Shown: positions 18,132-28,842, counted from the stretch's first letter. The stretch: DNA of 64,000 bases from Candidatus Latescibacterota bacterium (GCA_965248265.1 CBDFJF010000002.1:1920001-1984000); one strand, 5' to 3'. The notes: generated from the sequence alone by a model not told the origin. Program-made: numbers and translations.

Positions 18132-20132
18132 ATGAAATGGACATTGTCAGCGGTAGCGTTGTTGATGGCGGGACTGGCTTGGTCGCAGGACCCGGCGGAC
18201 CGGCCGAGCGAGAGCATCGCGGACCTGAGCGCCTATGGGCACAGGCTCGTCATTCAAAAAGGGATTCGGACACGCCTCGTGCGGGACATCGAGGCCCTGA
18301 GAAAGGCAGCGGAAGAAGAGGGTGTCCCGGTGCAGACGCGCAGGGATGTGCTGGGCGAGCTGACGGCCGTGGAAGGGAATTTGGGGCAGGCCAGTGCGGC
18401 GTTCGGGGATGACTTCGAGGCTGTGCTGCCGCTGAATTCGTGGCACGAACGGGTGTTGCGTACGCAGGCCTGGCTCTGGCGCGCCAGGGGTTTGGAGCCG
18501 CTCACGTTCTGGCGCTCGAATCTGTGGGATCCGCTTCCCCTCATCGGCACACCGGACACGGCGGCGGATCTGGCCGTCGAGGTTCACCTGATGCGCAAGG
18601 AATACCGCGCAGGGGCGTTCAATGTCAGCAACAGCAGTGACGAGCCGATGCAGGTGATGTTCCGCTTGAGCGGGCTCCCCGGGGGCGACAATCCGGAATA
18701 TGTGACTGTTCACGAGGTAGCGTGGACGGATACGAGGCCAGGTGTCCCGGTGGCGGCGGCCCTGCCAGAGGTGGCTGCCGAGAGCGATCTGTATGCGGTG
18801 ACCGTGCCCTCGGGCATGACGCGGCAGGTGTGGCTGACCTTCCATCCGGTGGAGGTAGAGCCGGGCAACTACGAGGGCGAAGTCGTCGTGGAGTCCGTCT
18901 CAGGGGGCAAGCGGTTTCCGTTGCGCATGCACCTGTATCCCCTGGATTTCCCTCTGAAGCAGTCGTTGCACTTGGGCGGATGGGACTATACGGACGAGTT
19001 CAATAAATACCAATCCGTGACGGAGCAGAACCGTTCGCTGATCATCGAGCACCTGCGCGAGCATCTCGTCGACTCGCCATGGGGCTCGCCTCGGCTGGTG
19101 AATCCGTACTACCCGGACGTGCGCGGCACGTATGATGCACAGGGGGCGATGACGTCGCCGCCCGAGACGGCCAAGTTCGATAAGTGGCTCGAGTTGTGGC
19201 CGGGTGCAGCCCGCTACTTCGTGTTCGCAAAAGTGGGCGATCGTTTCGTGTTTGCGAGCGACGAGAAGCACTCATGGGGTCTGGACACGCCGGAATTCGC
19301 GACAGCGGTGAAGGCATGGGCCCGGTTCTGGGTGGGGCATGCGGTGAAGAAGGGGCTGAAGCCGGAACAGCTGGTGCTGCTGCTGGTGGATGAGCCCGAT
19401 GAAGATCCGGATCGGGACCACATCATTCTGGCGTGGGCGGAGGCTATCCGGGAAGCGGCTCCAGGGGTCCTCATCTGGGAGGATCTGAACCACCGGGACA
19501 TGAGCCAGGCGAATCAGGCGATGATAGATGCATGCCACGTGTTGTCCCCGCACATCAAGATCTTCCTGAATAGCTCTGGACCCATACGGCCGCCTGCCGA
19601 GGGCCAGGAGTATCGCGACTATTACCAGAAGAAGCTCGATCAGGGGATTGCGCTGGAGTTCTATAACGCCGATGGCCCGACGCGGCTATTGGATCCGTAC
19701 GCGTACTACCGGCTTACGGCGTGGTGGTGTTGGCGTTATGGGGCGACGGGGATGACCTTCTGGTCGCTGACCGACACGGGCGGCGCGTCATCGTGGAACG
19801 AGTATCTGGCCACGCGGCCTACCTACGCGCCGATGTTTCTCACCGAGGACTCGGTGACGGCTGGCAAACACCTGGAGGCTCAGCGGGAAGGGGTGGAGGA
19901 CTATGAGTATTTCGTGATGTTGGATCGGGCGATCCGGGAGGCGTCTGCGCATGGGGCGACGGGTCCGGCGGTGGAGGAGGCGCGTCAGTTGCTGGAGAGC
20001 CTGCCGGCGAGTGTCAGTGATGCGGCATTCTCCCGGCGCACGAAGTGGCTGGACCAGACAGTTGACCGCACGTTGGCGGACGACGCGCGGATTCAGGTAT
20101 TGGCGGCGTTGACGGCGCTGGCTGAGCACTAG
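18132..20132 (+). CDS. Secreted DUF4091/GH123-like protein lacking the N-terminal domain (paralog 2)
   Basis: Same scaffold as paralogs 1 and 3, but jumps from RPSESIA directly to the core. Confidence 0.7.
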   Translation: MKWTLSAVALLMAGLAWSQDPADRPSESIADLSAYGHRLVIQKGIRTRLVRDIEALRKAAEEEGVPVQTRRDVLGELTAVEGNLGQASAAFGDDFEAVLPLNSWHERVLRTQAWLWRARGLEPLTFWRSNLWDPLPLIGTPDTAADLAVEVHLMRKEYRAGAFNVSNSSDEPMQVMFRLSGLPGGDNPEYVTVHEVAWTDTRPGVPVAAALPEVAAESDLYAVTVPSGMTRQVWLTFHPVEVEPGNYEGEVVVESVSGGKRFPLRMHLYPLDFPLKQSLHLGGWDYTDEFNKYQSVTEQNRSLIIEHLREHLVDSPWGSPRLVNPYYPDVRGTYDAQGAMTSPPETAKFDKWLELWPGAARYFVFAKVGDRFVFASDEKHSWGLDTPEFATAVKAWARFWVGHAVKKGLKPEQLVLLLVDEPDEDPDRDHIILAWAEAIREAAPGVLIWEDLNHRDMSQANQAMIDACHVLSPHIKIFLNSSGPIRPPAEGQEYRDYYQKKLDQGIALEFYNADGPTRLLDPYAYYRLTAWWCWRYGATGMTFWSLTDTGGASSWNEYLATRPTYAPMFLTEDSVTAGKHLEAQREGVEDYEYFVMLDRAIREASAHGATGPAVEEARQLLESLPASVSDAAFSRRTKWLDQTVDRTLADDARIQVLAALTALAEH

Positions 20133-20186
20133 TGTCGTATCACCAAAGTAGATCGACGTGCGCCCGAGAGGCCGTATGAGCTGACG

Positions 20187-21011
20187 ATGACATCTTCTCA
20201 CTTCGATCCCCTGTCCCGCATCATCTACGCAGACGATTTCGACTGCGGGCTGCAGGGATGGACCACCCTGGTCGGCAATTACGAGAAATCGCTCGACTCC
20301 ATGCTGCCGCAGTACCGCGATATGCCCGGTCCGATGCTTAGCAACAGCACGATGTGGGACGGCGGGTCGGCTGGCTCGTGGGACGGGACCTACGCCATGA
20401 AGCTGGCGACGCGCCCCGCTGCGGGCAACCTCGCTGTCGCCGTGAAGCGGGTGACGTGGCGTCATGCCGGTCCGATCCAGCTGGAAGCTCGCTTTACCTT
20501 CAAGCCGGAAGCGACCGAGCTAGAGCTCTCGGAGCTGGATGTTCGGGCCGTCGGGATCTGCTTCGACCTGCAGGACGCCGAACACCGCGTCATGCCCCAC
20601 CTGCGATACCTGAACGCGCTGAACGGGGAGGCCGTGGGTCGCTGGCAGTTCAAGAGGCGGCGGGAGCAGCTCGCCGACATCGGCGCATCGGGCAAGACGC
20701 GGTCGCATTTCCACCTCGCAGCATCGGGATGGGAGGACGTTACTGACGGCCAGCAGCTTTTGTGCTACAACGAGATCGCGACGAAGCAGAACTGGCACTA
20801 CGTCCGCATCGGCCTCGACCTCGAGTCGATGGCGTTCACGGCGTTTCAGTGCAACGACTGCCACTACGACGTCACAGGGATGGCGCCGATGGCGATGCCG
20901 GCGATGGCCAACCTGTGGTGCATGCTGAACGCCACCTTCTTCGTGGAGACGGACCGCGACAAGCGCGCGTTTCTCTACGTGGACTCGGTGACGCTGTCGG
21001 GGGACTTCTGA
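20187..21011 (+). CDS. Conserved hypothetical protein (DUF6772-like)
   Basis: 'DDFDCGLQGW', 'GTYAMKLATRP', 'LCYNEIATKQNWHY', 'NLWCMLN'. Confidence 0.6.
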   Translation: MTSSHFDPLSRIIYADDFDCGLQGWTTLVGNYEKSLDSMLPQYRDMPGPMLSNSTMWDGGSAGSWDGTYAMKLATRPAAGNLAVAVKRVTWRHAGPIQLEARFTFKPEATELELSELDVRAVGICFDLQDAEHRVMPHLRYLNALNGEAVGRWQFKRRREQLADIGASGKTRSHFHLAASGWEDVTDGQQLLCYNEIATKQNWHYVRIGLDLESMAFTAFQCNDCHYDVTGMAPMAMPAMANLWCMLNATFFVETDRDKRAFLYVDSVTLSGDF

Positions 21012-21025
21012 AAGCGGGATTGCAC

Positions 21026-21361
21026 ATGAAGCAGAGCCACACAGCGGTGTTGGAGCGCGATGTCGTCTGGGCCGGGACCTTCGAGACCGAGCCCTATGAG
21101 GCGGCGTGGGCCTTGGAGGCGATCTTTTTCATCCGCGTGCTGGAGTCGAGTGGGCCGGTCGAAGCGGCAGAGGCGCGCGTCCAGATTTCGCCAGACGGCA
21201 TGCGGTGGTGCGCCGAGGGGACCCGTTTCAGACTGACCGGCGACGAGGCGGAAGTGACCTTCGGGCGCGTATCGAACTTCGGAACGTATCTGCGGCTCGT
21301 CGGTGAGGTGCCGGAGGGGGGCGAGCTGAGGGTGATCGTGTATCTGGCGATGAAGTCCTGA
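21026..21361 (+). CDS. Conserved hypothetical protein (DUF6385-like)
   Basis: 'TAVLER...FETEPYEAAWALEAIFF...QISPDGMRW'. Confidence 0.6.
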   Translation: MKQSHTAVLERDVVWAGTFETEPYEAAWALEAIFFIRVLESSGPVEAAEARVQISPDGMRWCAEGTRFRLTGDEAEVTFGRVSNFGTYLRLVGEVPEGGELRVIVYLAMKS

Positions 21362-21425
21362 TCAGGGTGGTGGCCTGACCTACCACATCGTCACACAGAC
21401 CCTGGGTCGATCGCCAGGAAGGAGT

Positions 21426-22700
21426 GTGGACATGCGGCTGGAGAAATACTCGATGGGAATCGGCGACCGCTTCGCCCACCAGGGGAGGGCGCAGCTTCAG
21501 GCCCTGGCCCGAGCGAAATCGGCAGGGTTCGAGGTGGTGCCAGTGTGGAACAAGTCGCACCGCGAGCACCTGGCGACGCATTCGGAGCCGGGCAGTGTCA
21601 GGACCGAGGCGGATCAGGCGACCGAGGCCCTGTCGTGGGACGGATCGTACTACGTCGATGCCGATCATATCGGGCTGCAGACCGTGGACCTGTTCATGGA
21701 CTCCAGCGACTTCTTCACCATCGACGTAGCCGAGGCCATCGGCCAGCCCTCTGCCGGCGATGACCTGACGGCCTTCGTCGATCGACACGAGCGCTACATC
21801 GGCACGCTGGAGATCCCCGGGATCGCCGAGCCGTTCAGCACCTCCCGCGAACAGGTAGAGGGGATCGCCTACCAGTACCTGCGTGCCGTTCGCGAGGCGG
21901 GCACCATTTACCGGCACATCGAAGCGGTGAAGGGCCGGGACGGATTCGTCCCCGAGGTCTCGATGGACGAGACCGACAGCCCGCAGACACCAGTGGAGCT
22001 ATTCTTCATCCTGGCCGCCAGCGCCGATGAAGGAATCCCGCTGCAGACGATCGCCCCGAAGTTCACCGGGCGGTTCAACAAGGGCGTCGACTACGTCGGC
22101 GACGTCGATCAGTTCACTCGCGAGTTCGAGCAGGACCTGGCTGTCATCGCCTTCGCGGTGGCGGAATTCGGCTTACCGGACAACCTCAAGCTGAGCGTGC
22201 ATTCCGGCAGCGACAAGTTCACCATCTACGAGCCGATGCGCCGGGGCATCCGCAAGTTCGACGCCGGGTTGCATCTCAAAACGGCGGGCACCACCTGGCT
22301 CGAAGAGCTGATCGGTCTGTCGCTCGCGGGCGGAGACGGCCTCGCCCTGGCCAAGAGGATCTACCGCCTGGCTCTCGACCGCTTCGATGAGCTGTGCGGA
22401 CCGTACTGGGCGGTCATCGACATAGACCAGGGCAGCTTGCCCACAACTGAGGTACTGGATTCATGGAGCGGCGAAGCCTTCGCCGCCGCGCTGCGCCACG
22501 ATCCGGAGTGTGCCGACTACAACCCGCACCTGCGCCAGCTCCTGCACGTAGCCTACAAGGTTGCGGCCGAGATGGGCGATCGCTACCTGGAAGCGCTGAA
22601 CCGGTTCGAGACGGTGATCGCCGAGAACGTGACCGCCAACATCTACGAGCGACATCTGCGGCGCGTCTTCACGGGCGACTCCGGAGTCGATGCGCGGTAG
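21426..22700 (+). CDS. uxaE: Tagaturonate/fructuronate epimerase family
   Basis: 'GIGDRF', 'VDADH', 'EVSMDET', 'FNKGVDY', 'KLSVHSGSDKF', 'HLKTAGTTWLEE'. Confidence 0.9.
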   Translation: MDMRLEKYSMGIGDRFAHQGRAQLQALARAKSAGFEVVPVWNKSHREHLATHSEPGSVRTEADQATEALSWDGSYYVDADHIGLQTVDLFMDSSDFFTIDVAEAIGQPSAGDDLTAFVDRHERYIGTLEIPGIAEPFSTSREQVEGIAYQYLRAVREAGTIYRHIEAVKGRDGFVPEVSMDETDSPQTPVELFFILAASADEGIPLQTIAPKFTGRFNKGVDYVGDVDQFTREFEQDLAVIAFAVAEFGLPDNLKLSVHSGSDKFTIYEPMRRGIRKFDAGLHLKTAGTTWLEELIGLSLAGGDGLALAKRIYRLALDRFDELCGPYWAVIDIDQGSLPTTEVLDSWSGEAFAAALRHDPECADYNPHLRQLLHVAYKVAAEMGDRYLEALNRFETVIAENVTANIYERHLRRVFTGDSGVDAR

Positions 22701-22843
22701 ACTACCGGGCTTAGCGCTCGCTTCCACTGTTGCTACCAAAGCGACAAGTTATGGGCGACTCGGCGAAGGCCGCAGGCGACGAGGCCTCGCGCACGCTCTC
22801 ACGGCATCGCGCCTGGTGTGGGCCCGACCTGGCACAGCGCGGT

Positions 22844-23890
22844 TCAGGACAGATCGACCCTGACGTTGCCCAGCTCGTGAGACTTCAACATGGCCAATAT
22901 GATCTGCAGAGTCTTGCGGGCCTCCCGCGCCGGCGACACCAGCGCGCCGCCGTGCTCCAACACATGTACCAACTCCGCGACCGCGCCCAGTTGCCGCTCG
23001 TACATGTAGTGGTCGGGCACGAGAGTCGCGCTGGACCAGGCGACGTGTGACGTCCCGCGAATTACCGTCGCTCCACGTTCGGAGACCTCGACGCGTCCGT
23101 CGTCGCAGTGCAGCTCGGTCTGCGATCCGAGCATGGCGACTTTGAGACTGTTGTAGAACGCCCGCACGCCGTTGGAGAAATGGATGTAGGCGCAAGCGGC
23201 CGGATCCAGGGACGGGTCGCGCCTACCGTCGCTGCTGTACTCGGTGAAGTGGTCGAATCCCTCCTCCAGTTCAGCGAAGATCCACTGCGGGTCTGATTCG
23301 GCGAAGAAACAGATCGTGTCGACCGCGTGGGTGCCGTTGCGAAACAGCATGGAACGAGGGCCGTACATGTTGGCTGTGATACCACGCAACGAGCCGAGTT
23401 CACCTTCGCGTATCAGGTCGCGAACAGCGTGATGGGAGGAAGTCCAGCGACGCGTGTGCTCGATCGACAGGAGGACGTCCTCAGCCTCGGCTGCGGCGAT
23501 CATGCGATCGGCGTCGGCCAGGGTGGTGGCGATCGGTTTTTCGCACAGAATGGCTCTAGCTCCGCTGCTGGCCGCGTCAACCGTTATGTCGGCGTGCAGA
23601 TGATCAGATGTGGCGACGCTGACCAGATCGGGGCTCTCCCTCTCCAGCATCTCACGGTAGTCGGTGTAGTACCGCATCTGCGGCCACACGTCGTGCCAGG
23701 TTTCCTTGAACCCATCGAGGGCTTCGCCGTTGATGTCGCACACGGCTACCAGCTCTGTCTGAGGGTGGCGGTAGTACGCGGATGCGTGGGACCCTGGCCG
23801 CGCCCCGTACAGCGGCCGATGCGGGGACTCTTGAGGCCGTCCGGCGCCGATACCCCTCAAGCCGACGATGACGGCGCGGTGGGTTTTCAT
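22844..23890 (-). CDS. Gfo/Idh/MocA oxidoreductase
   Basis: 'VIVGLRGIG', 'ILCEKPIA', 'NGTHAVD'. Confidence 0.88.
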   Translation of the reverse strand: MKTHRAVIVGLRGIGAGRPQESPHRPLYGARPGSHASAYYRHPQTELVAVCDINGEALDGFKETWHDVWPQMRYYTDYREMLERESPDLVSVATSDHLHADITVDAASSGARAILCEKPIATTLADADRMIAAAEAEDVLLSIEHTRRWTSSHHAVRDLIREGELGSLRGITANMYGPRSMLFRNGTHAVDTICFFAESDPQWIFAELEEGFDHFTEYSSDGRRDPSLDPAACAYIHFSNGVRAFYNSLKVAMLGSQTELHCDDGRVEVSERGATVIRGTSHVAWSSATLVPDHYMYERQLGAVAELVHVLEHGGALVSPAREARKTLQIILAMLKSHELGNVRVDLS

Positions 23891-24188
23891 GTCGATGATT
23901 CTCCCATGACTCGATCTCCTCGTTTGCACTCTCGCGGAGTCAACGTAAACAGGGGAGCAGCCTGTTGACAGCCGCGCTCAGGGGGCCGAAAATGCGGCCC
24001 CTGCTGCCGGATTGATCGAGCAGGCAGCGCGAGCTATTCTTCAATCGGTACTTCCGAATCTCGGATGACCTGAGAGTGATTTCAATCAGCTCTGAAAGCT
24101 ATACAATTTGAGGTCACCTTCCAGCCTGATTTTTGGCGGTCGGAACTCTCTTAGGAAGAATCATTCGTTATGAAGCGAGGGGCAAGCG

Positions 24189-26834
24189 ATGAAATGGACA
24201 TTGGCAGTGGTAGCGTTGTTGATAGCAGCACAGACGTGGGCGCAGGACACGGAGCTTTCGCCAACTGCACACCGGACGGTTCCGACGGAGCGTCCGAGCG
24301 AGAACATCGCCCTCGGGGCGAGCTACACGATAGAGCCGAGGCCGAATTACCGGCTTAGCAGCGACCCCGGCGATTTCGAGCAACTTACGGATGGCGTCTA
24401 CACGGACGGTTATTTCTGGGCGCAGCTGTCGACCGTGGGCTACCAGGAAAAGACGCCCTCGATCGTGACCCTGGACCTGGGTGCAGTGAAGCCGATACGG
24501 GGGGTGTCCTACCACACGGCAGCGGGATTCGCGGACGTGTGGTTCCCGTCGATGATCCGCATCCTCGTTGCCGGTGAAGACAAGGAGTTTCATGAGATTG
24601 GCGACCTGGTCCAATTGAGTGAGCAGCAACACGGGCCGCTCGCGCCGATGAGGGCGACCGATGCCATGTGGGCCCTCGACGAGATGGTTTTCAGTCAGGA
24701 CCAAGTACACTTTCACTACGACAATAACCGGGATCGCTTCCCGGAGAAAATGACTCCCGAGGTTCGTGAGCAGGTCATCAAGGATGCCTACAAAACTCGA
24801 GCCGAGCAGTATGGGACGTACCGCTACTGGACAGACCGGCTGCGGACGCACGGGCGCTACGTCAGCCTGGTCGTGTGGAACGAGCCGTACACCTTCGTGG
24901 ACGAGATCGAGGTCTACGCTGGAGAGCCAGAGTGGGTGGATGAGCCGCTGCCGGGACCGGCCTTCCCGGACGTTGAGACGTATGCGGTCAGGCTCGCTAT
25001 CGAGAGAGGAATCCGGACCCGCCTGACGCAGGACATCGAGGCCTTGCGGCAGACGGCCGAAGAAGAGGGCATCCCGGCGCAGACACACAGCGCAGTGCTG
25101 GGCGAACTGGCCACCGTGGAGGCGAGTATGGGACAGGCCACGAAGGCGTTCGGGGATGACTTCGAGGCTGTGCTGCCGCTGAATTCATGGCACGAACGGG
25201 TCCTGCAAACTCAGGCCCGACTGTGGCGCGCCAGGGGATTGGAGCCGCTCACGTTCTGGCGCTCAAATCTGTGGGATCCACTTCCCCTGATCGGCACACC
25301 GGACACGGCGACGGAGCTGGCGGTCGAGGTGCACCTGATGCGGAACGAACACCGCGCGGCGGCCTTCAATGTGAGCAACAGCAGCGACGAGCCGACGCAG
25401 GTGAGATTCCGGTTGAGCGGGCTTCCCGGGGGCGACAACCCGGGGTACGTGACCGTTCACGAGGTGATCTGGACGGACACCCGCTCCGGCATGCCGGTGG
25501 CGGCGGCCCTGCCCGAAGTCGGTGCCGAGAGCGGTCTGTATGCGGTGACCGTGCCCGCCGGCATGACCCGACAGGTGTGGCTGACCTTCCATCCGGTCGA
25601 CGTAGAACCCGGCAACTACGAAGGTGAGGTGGTCGTAGAATTGACGCCCGGGGGCAAGCGGTTTCCGTTGCGCATGCACCTGTATCCGCTCGACTTCCCC
25701 GAGCAGCAGTCGCTTCACATGGGCGGCTGGGACTATACGGACCGGATCGGTCATTTCCGCTACATAACCAAGCAGAACCGGTCGGCGATCGTCGAGCACC
25801 TGCGCGAACACCTCGTCGACTCGCCGTGGGCCCTCAAACTGGCGCTGCCGCGTGGCACCCACGATGAGACCGGGGCGATGACGGCGCCACCCTCCACCGA
25901 GTACTTCGATGCGTGGATCGAATTGTGGCCTAGTGCTGGCCAATACATGGTGTTCGCGAAAGTCGGCGACAATTTCGAGTCATTGCCCATGGGCACACCG
26001 GAATTCAATATCGCGGTGAAGGCGTGGGTGACCTTCTGGGCCGAGTACATGGTGTCGAAAGGGTTGCAGCCCGAACAGCTGGCCCTGTTGCTGGTGGATG
26101 AGCCCGACGAGCCGTACCAGGACGAGCGCATTCTTGCCTGGGCAAAGCCGATCCGCGAAGCGGACACGGGAGTCCGCATCTGGGAGGATGTGAACCACGA
26201 TGACATGAACGAGGCGAACCAGGAGATGATCGACGCGTGCCACGTGTTGTGCCCGAACTATCAAGCCTTCGTGAGCAAGGGTGAGGACTATCGCAAATAC
26301 TACCTGACGAAGCGGGATCAGGGGATCGCGCTGGAATTCTACTCGTCATGGCCGAGTCGAATTTTCGATCCGTACGCGGGCCGGCTGAATGCTTGGTCAT
26401 GCTGGCACTACGGGGCCGACGCCTTCTACATGTGGTCGCTGACGGACACGGGCCACGCGTCATCGTGGAACGAATACCTGACTATCAAGAATGCGTACGC
26501 CCCCATCTTCATCGACGAGGAGTCGGTGACGGCCGGCAAACACCTCGAGGCAGCGCGGGAAGGGGTGGAGGACTACGAGTATTTCGCAATGCTGGACCGG
26601 GCGATCCGGGAAGCGTCTGCTCAGGGGATGATGGGTCCGGAGGTGGAGGAGGCGCGTCGGTTGCTGGAGAGCCTGCCGACCAGTGTCCTGGAGGCCGGGG
26701 GCCACGTGGATGGGCTCTACGACGACCAGCCGTTGAGCGGCTTCCACTGGCTGAACGAGAAGGTGGACCGCACTCTGGCGGACGAGGCGCGGATTCAGGT
26801 GTTGGCGGCGTTGACCAAACTGGCTGAGCTCTGA
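24189..26834 (+). CDS. Secreted DUF4091/GH123-like protein (paralog 3)
   Basis: Collinear with and highly similar to 15329-17971. Confidence 0.7.
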   Translation: MKWTLAVVALLIAAQTWAQDTELSPTAHRTVPTERPSENIALGASYTIEPRPNYRLSSDPGDFEQLTDGVYTDGYFWAQLSTVGYQEKTPSIVTLDLGAVKPIRGVSYHTAAGFADVWFPSMIRILVAGEDKEFHEIGDLVQLSEQQHGPLAPMRATDAMWALDEMVFSQDQVHFHYDNNRDRFPEKMTPEVREQVIKDAYKTRAEQYGTYRYWTDRLRTHGRYVSLVVWNEPYTFVDEIEVYAGEPEWVDEPLPGPAFPDVETYAVRLAIERGIRTRLTQDIEALRQTAEEEGIPAQTHSAVLGELATVEASMGQATKAFGDDFEAVLPLNSWHERVLQTQARLWRARGLEPLTFWRSNLWDPLPLIGTPDTATELAVEVHLMRNEHRAAAFNVSNSSDEPTQVRFRLSGLPGGDNPGYVTVHEVIWTDTRSGMPVAAALPEVGAESGLYAVTVPAGMTRQVWLTFHPVDVEPGNYEGEVVVELTPGGKRFPLRMHLYPLDFPEQQSLHMGGWDYTDRIGHFRYITKQNRSAIVEHLREHLVDSPWALKLALPRGTHDETGAMTAPPSTEYFDAWIELWPSAGQYMVFAKVGDNFESLPMGTPEFNIAVKAWVTFWAEYMVSKGLQPEQLALLLVDEPDEPYQDERILAWAKPIREADTGVRIWEDVNHDDMNEANQEMIDACHVLCPNYQAFVSKGEDYRKYYLTKRDQGIALEFYSSWPSRIFDPYAGRLNAWSCWHYGADAFYMWSLTDTGHASSWNEYLTIKNAYAPIFIDEESVTAGKHLEAAREGVEDYEYFAMLDRAIREASAQGMMGPEVEEARRLLESLPTSVLEAGGHVDGLYDDQPLSGFHWLNEKVDRTLADEARIQVLAALTKLAEL

Positions 26835-26949
26835 GGTCAGGGCAGGGCCTCGAGTACCCGGAGGACCGCAAGAATCCCTTTGCCAGCCGACTCAAAAACA
26901 GGTTACAATCCGCCTGGTTGGATAGATCCGTGTCCGGGGAGAGTCATCC

Positions 26950-27660
26950 ATGAAAACCGCTGTCGTTGCAGGAGTCGGACCGGGGCTTGGTGCCGCTCTG
27001 GTTCGCAAGTTCGTCGCTGAAGGTTGCCGGGTGGGCATGCTCGCCCGCTCGCCCGATTACCTGGAACAGCTACAGGCTGAACTGGGAGAGGAGAACGCAC
27101 TGGCCGTTGCCGCTGACATCACGACGGATACCGCCGTAGTGTCCGCCTTCGCTCGAGTCAGGGATCGCTTCGGACCGGTCGACATTCTAGTCAATCACGC
27201 CAGCCTGTCGAACTGGAAAGGCCTCATGGACATAACCCCCGCGGAGTTCGAGCGCGCCTGGCGCGTGACCGTTCTCGGAGCGCTGCACTGCAGCCGGGTG
27301 GCTGCAACCGACATGCTGACCGACAGCCGCGGAGGAACCATTCTCTTCACGGGAGCGACCTCCTCGATTCGCGGACGTCAGGGCGCCATTGACTTCAGCA
27401 GCGCCAAGTTCGGTCTGCGCGGCCTGGCTGATTCCATGGCACGCGAGCTCTGGCCGCAGGGTGTCCACGTTGCTCATGTGCTCATTGATGGCATCATCGA
27501 CACTGAACGCGTGCGAGAGCAGATGAACCTGGATCCGGATGAACCCGTTCTCAAACCCGACGACATCGCCGGTGTGTACTGGAGTCTGGTCGAGCAGGAA
27601 CGCTCCGCCTGGAGCTTCGAGCTGGAGGTACGACCGCACACCGAAGAGTTCTACGGCTAG
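26950..27660 (+). CDS. Short-chain dehydrogenase/reductase
   Basis: GVGPGLG; 'FTGATSSIRG'; FSSAK in place of YxxxK; 'GVHVAHVLIDG'. Confidence 0.88.
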   Translation: MKTAVVAGVGPGLGAALVRKFVAEGCRVGMLARSPDYLEQLQAELGEENALAVAADITTDTAVVSAFARVRDRFGPVDILVNHASLSNWKGLMDITPAEFERAWRVTVLGALHCSRVAATDMLTDSRGGTILFTGATSSIRGRQGAIDFSSAKFGLRGLADSMARELWPQGVHVAHVLIDGIIDTERVREQMNLDPDEPVLKPDDIAGVYWSLVEQERSAWSFELEVRPHTEEFYG

Positions 27661-27687
27661 GTAGGTGTCTGATCTGATAAGTCGTAG

Positions 27688-28842
27688 TTAGTTGAGCAGC
27701 TCGAGAGCAAGACGAGAATTGTTGAAGGCCTGCGTCAACATCGCCGTGCTGGTCCGTGACAGGATCTGAGCCTTGCTGAGGTTCGCGGTTTCCAGGGCGA
27801 TATCCGAGTCCCGCAGGGCCGACTCGGAGTTTTGGATGCTTTCAATTTCGTTCTCGCTGAAGTCAATGCTGTGGCCCAATCGGTTCCGCATGGCGCCGAT
27901 CTCACCGCGCGCGTCCGATAGCTGTTCGATGGCGGAATCGATCTTTGCCAGTGACTCACGCGCGCTCAGTTGGCTGCTGATGGAAATCGAATCCAGATCC
28001 AGGGCGGCACCGGGAGCCCTCAGATCGGGCAGCACGATGGTCAGCTGTTTCTGCGCATCGTTGGTCGGGGCGATCTGGAAATGCCTGTTGTTCCCCTGTT
28101 CCACGACCACCGTCTTGCCATCGAGATCGCCGGAGACATAATCGCCTTCTGCCGGAAAGCCGGTACCGCTGAGCGTAACCTGTATGCCGAGGTGGTTGAA
28201 GTTGGCAACCACGTTTGTGCCGGCGGCGACACGGCCGTTGTCCAGCGGAGTGGACAGGTCAATCGTCTGTGTAACAACCCCGTTTCCGAGTGTGATGGTG
28301 TTGTCCAGACCTGAATCGACGAAGGTGTAGGTACCCGCATCGGCGCCTGAAAGCTGCACCTTGGTGACACCGGTATCGAGCTTGTCGGTGATGGCGGTGG
28401 ATGCCTGACCGCTGACCTCAGGTTGACCCGTCAAAATGGCATCGTTGTTGTAGCGCGTGGCCTCTATCATGCGATTGATGCCCACGCGGAGTTGATTGAG
28501 CTCGGAATTGAGAATGTCGCGCTGGCTGTCCTGGAGATGAGCGTTCGATGCGGCGACGGCCATCTCGCGCATGCGCAACAGAATCTGAGAGGCTTCACTG
28601 AGTGGCGCCTCGGCCACCTGTAGCAGGTCGTTGGCGGTCTCAGCGTTGCGAACATTCTGATTCAGCTGCACCAGCTCAGAGCGCATCGACTCCGAAATCG
28701 AGATACCAGCCGCGTCGTGGGAGGCTCTTTCGATGCGATGCCCCGACCCGAGCTTGGCAACGACACTGGCCGACAGATTCTGGTTGCGGGTGATCGAGCG
28801 CCCGACATTCACGGCCATGATATTATTGTTCGTTCTCAGCAC
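27688..28842 (-). CDS. Flagellin-family protein
   Basis: N-terminal 'KLGSGHRIERASHDAAGISISESMR...RMREMAV'; C-terminal 'IDSAIEQLSDARGEIGAMRNRL...LRDSDIALE'. Confidence 0.88.
   Translation of the reverse strand: MLRTNNNIMAVNVGRSITRNQNLSASVVAKLGSGHRIERASHDAAGISISESMRSELVQLNQNVRNAETANDLLQVAEAPLSEASQILLRMREMAVAASNAHLQDSQRDILNSELNQLRVGINRMIEATRYNNDAILTGQPEVSGQASTAITDKLDTGVTKVQLSGADAGTYTFVDSGLDNTITLGNGVVTQTIDLSTPLDNGRVAAGTNVVANFNHLGIQVTLSGTGFPAEGDYVSGDLDGKTVVVEQGNNRHFQIAPTNDAQKQLTIVLPDLRAPGAALDLDSISISSQLSARESLAKIDSAIEQLSDARGEIGAMRNRLGHSIDFSENEIESIQNSESALRDSDIALETANLSKAQILSRTSTAMLTQAFNNSRLALELLN

Noticed and set aside
23979-24003. GC-rich hairpin between divergent genes
   Set aside because: No U-tract and not downstream of a gene, so not called a terminator.
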